This document shows positions 63,580-64,000 of a DNA stretch of 64,000 nucleotides, piece after piece. The notes under the pieces were generated by a model. The model saw only the letters and a list, made by a program, of their open reading frames with translations, searched no databases and was not told the origin of the DNA. The translations under genes were made by a program, and so were the position numbers. The DNA is taken from NCBI GenBank assembly GCA_947589325.1, contig CANQAM010000002.1, positions 39,415-103,414 of the forward strand, written 5' to 3'. How positions within the stretch are numbered: position 1 is the stretch's first letter; each line of letters starts with the position of its first letter. This stretch comes from an uncultured Bacteroidales bacterium. Lineage in GTDB: Bacteria > Bacteroidota > Bacteroidia > Bacteroidales > UBA11471.

Positions 63580-64000
63580 ATGAAACTTATCAAGTATCTT
63601 TTTATTGCCGTTTTGGCATTGGTAGCGTCCGTAGCACTCAACAGTGCAATGGGTGCAACCATCGCGTATGTATCAGGATTTTCTCCTGTGGCTGGCGTTG
63701 TGGCTGGCAACGTCATCGGATTGTTCACCGGTGCGGTACTGCCGCACGGTGTAGCGTGTGAAACCGTCTTTAAGGAGATTTGGACGGGTGAAATGATCAA
63801 GGCATTCCGCACGGCAGCCGAAAGCCTCGGATGGTTCGACCGTATCAAAAGTTATGACCAGTACGTCGAAAACGACGTTATCCATTTTACGGAATTAGGC
63901 GGCGACCCAGAGGTTTTAGTAAATAATAAGACTTATCCCTTGAACATCAAAACTCTCAACGATGCCGACAAACCTATAACACTCGATTATTACGACACAG
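63580..64000 (+). CDS. Major capsid protein candidate, N-terminal 140 codons; continues beyond the window
   Basis: Not in the ORF track (no stop). ATG 63580 gives MKLIKYLFIAVLALVASVALNSAMGATIAYVSG...ETVFKEIWTGEMIKAFRTAAESLGWFDRIKSYDQYVENDVIHFTELGGDPEVLVNNKTYP... The call is mainly from its position after the protease/scaffold gene. Confidence 0.55.
   Translation, partial: MKLIKYLFIAVLALVASVALNSAMGATIAYVSGFSPVAGVVAGNVIGLFTGAVLPHGVACETVFKEIWTGEMIKAFRTAAESLGWFDRIKSYDQYVENDVIHFTELGGDPEVLVNNKTYPLNIKTLNDADKPITLDYYDT

Larger units (their letters stand above)
47441..64000. mobile_element. Mu-like transposable prophage, left ~16.5 kb; the right part lies beyond the window
   Basis: Abrupt change to AT-rich non-coding DNA right after the stop codon at 47440. 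Next come a leftward repressor and a rightward MuA-like transposase, MuB-like ATPase, GemA and DUF3164. TerS/TerL, DUF935 portal, MuF, gpG, protease and capsid follow. The exact left end is unresolved (47441-47521). Confidence 0.85.

Overview
This 64-kb window comes from a high-GC Bacteroidales-type chromosome. The signs are TAnnTTTG promoter boxes, SusC/HTCS polysaccharide-utilisation genes and T9SS C-terminal sorting domains; the genus cannot be determined from the sequence alone.

Bases 1-47.4 kb are mostly core genome. They hold the regulator-proximal part of a pectin-type PUL on the minus strand: HTCS regulator, T9SS-tagged PL1 pectate lyase, multi-FAS1 lipoprotein and SusC. Housekeeping genes follow: ModF-like ABC ATPase, metY, Lrp, three tandem tRNA-Val, purB, alaS, M23 peptidase, MerR, VanZ, OmpA/TPR, GT2, a T9SS beta-helix protein, fbaA, speA, truA, EamA, HU, RNase G, nucleoside phosphorylase, hisS, ComM/YifB, a TlpA-like protein, metK, and an ECF sigma / membrane protein / periplasmic protein trio. 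One small accessory islet sits among them: a Phd-like gene plus an archaeal-type AAA ATPase, with iterated operator-like repeats.

From about 47.44 kb to the right edge is the left ~16.5 kb of a Mu-like transposable prophage. It has a leftward S24-type repressor. Rightward early genes include MuA-like transposase, MuB-like ATPase, GemA and DUF3164. A packaging/head block lies on the opposite strand (TerS, TerL, DUF1320, DUF935 portal, MuF, gpG), followed by a phage tRNA, prohead protease/scaffold and a partial major capsid gene.

The most interesting observations are:
1. A textbook -1 frameshift cassette (U UUU UUC, 5-nt spacer, 8-bp GC stem) lies two codons before the portal stop. It opens exactly into the MuF frame, which has no nearby ATG, and would create a portal-MuF fusion.
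2. The MuF protein carries a C-terminal anthrax-lethal-factor-like HExxH metalloprotease module. This module sits in an AT-rich cassette that also holds a convergent, separately promoted 78-aa Cys-rich ORF.
3. An atypical CAU-anticodon tRNA lies 15 nt upstream of the protease gene, in the divergent late control region.

No CRISPR array, rRNA or IS element was seen. All calls rest on by-eye motif recognition; no database search was possible.
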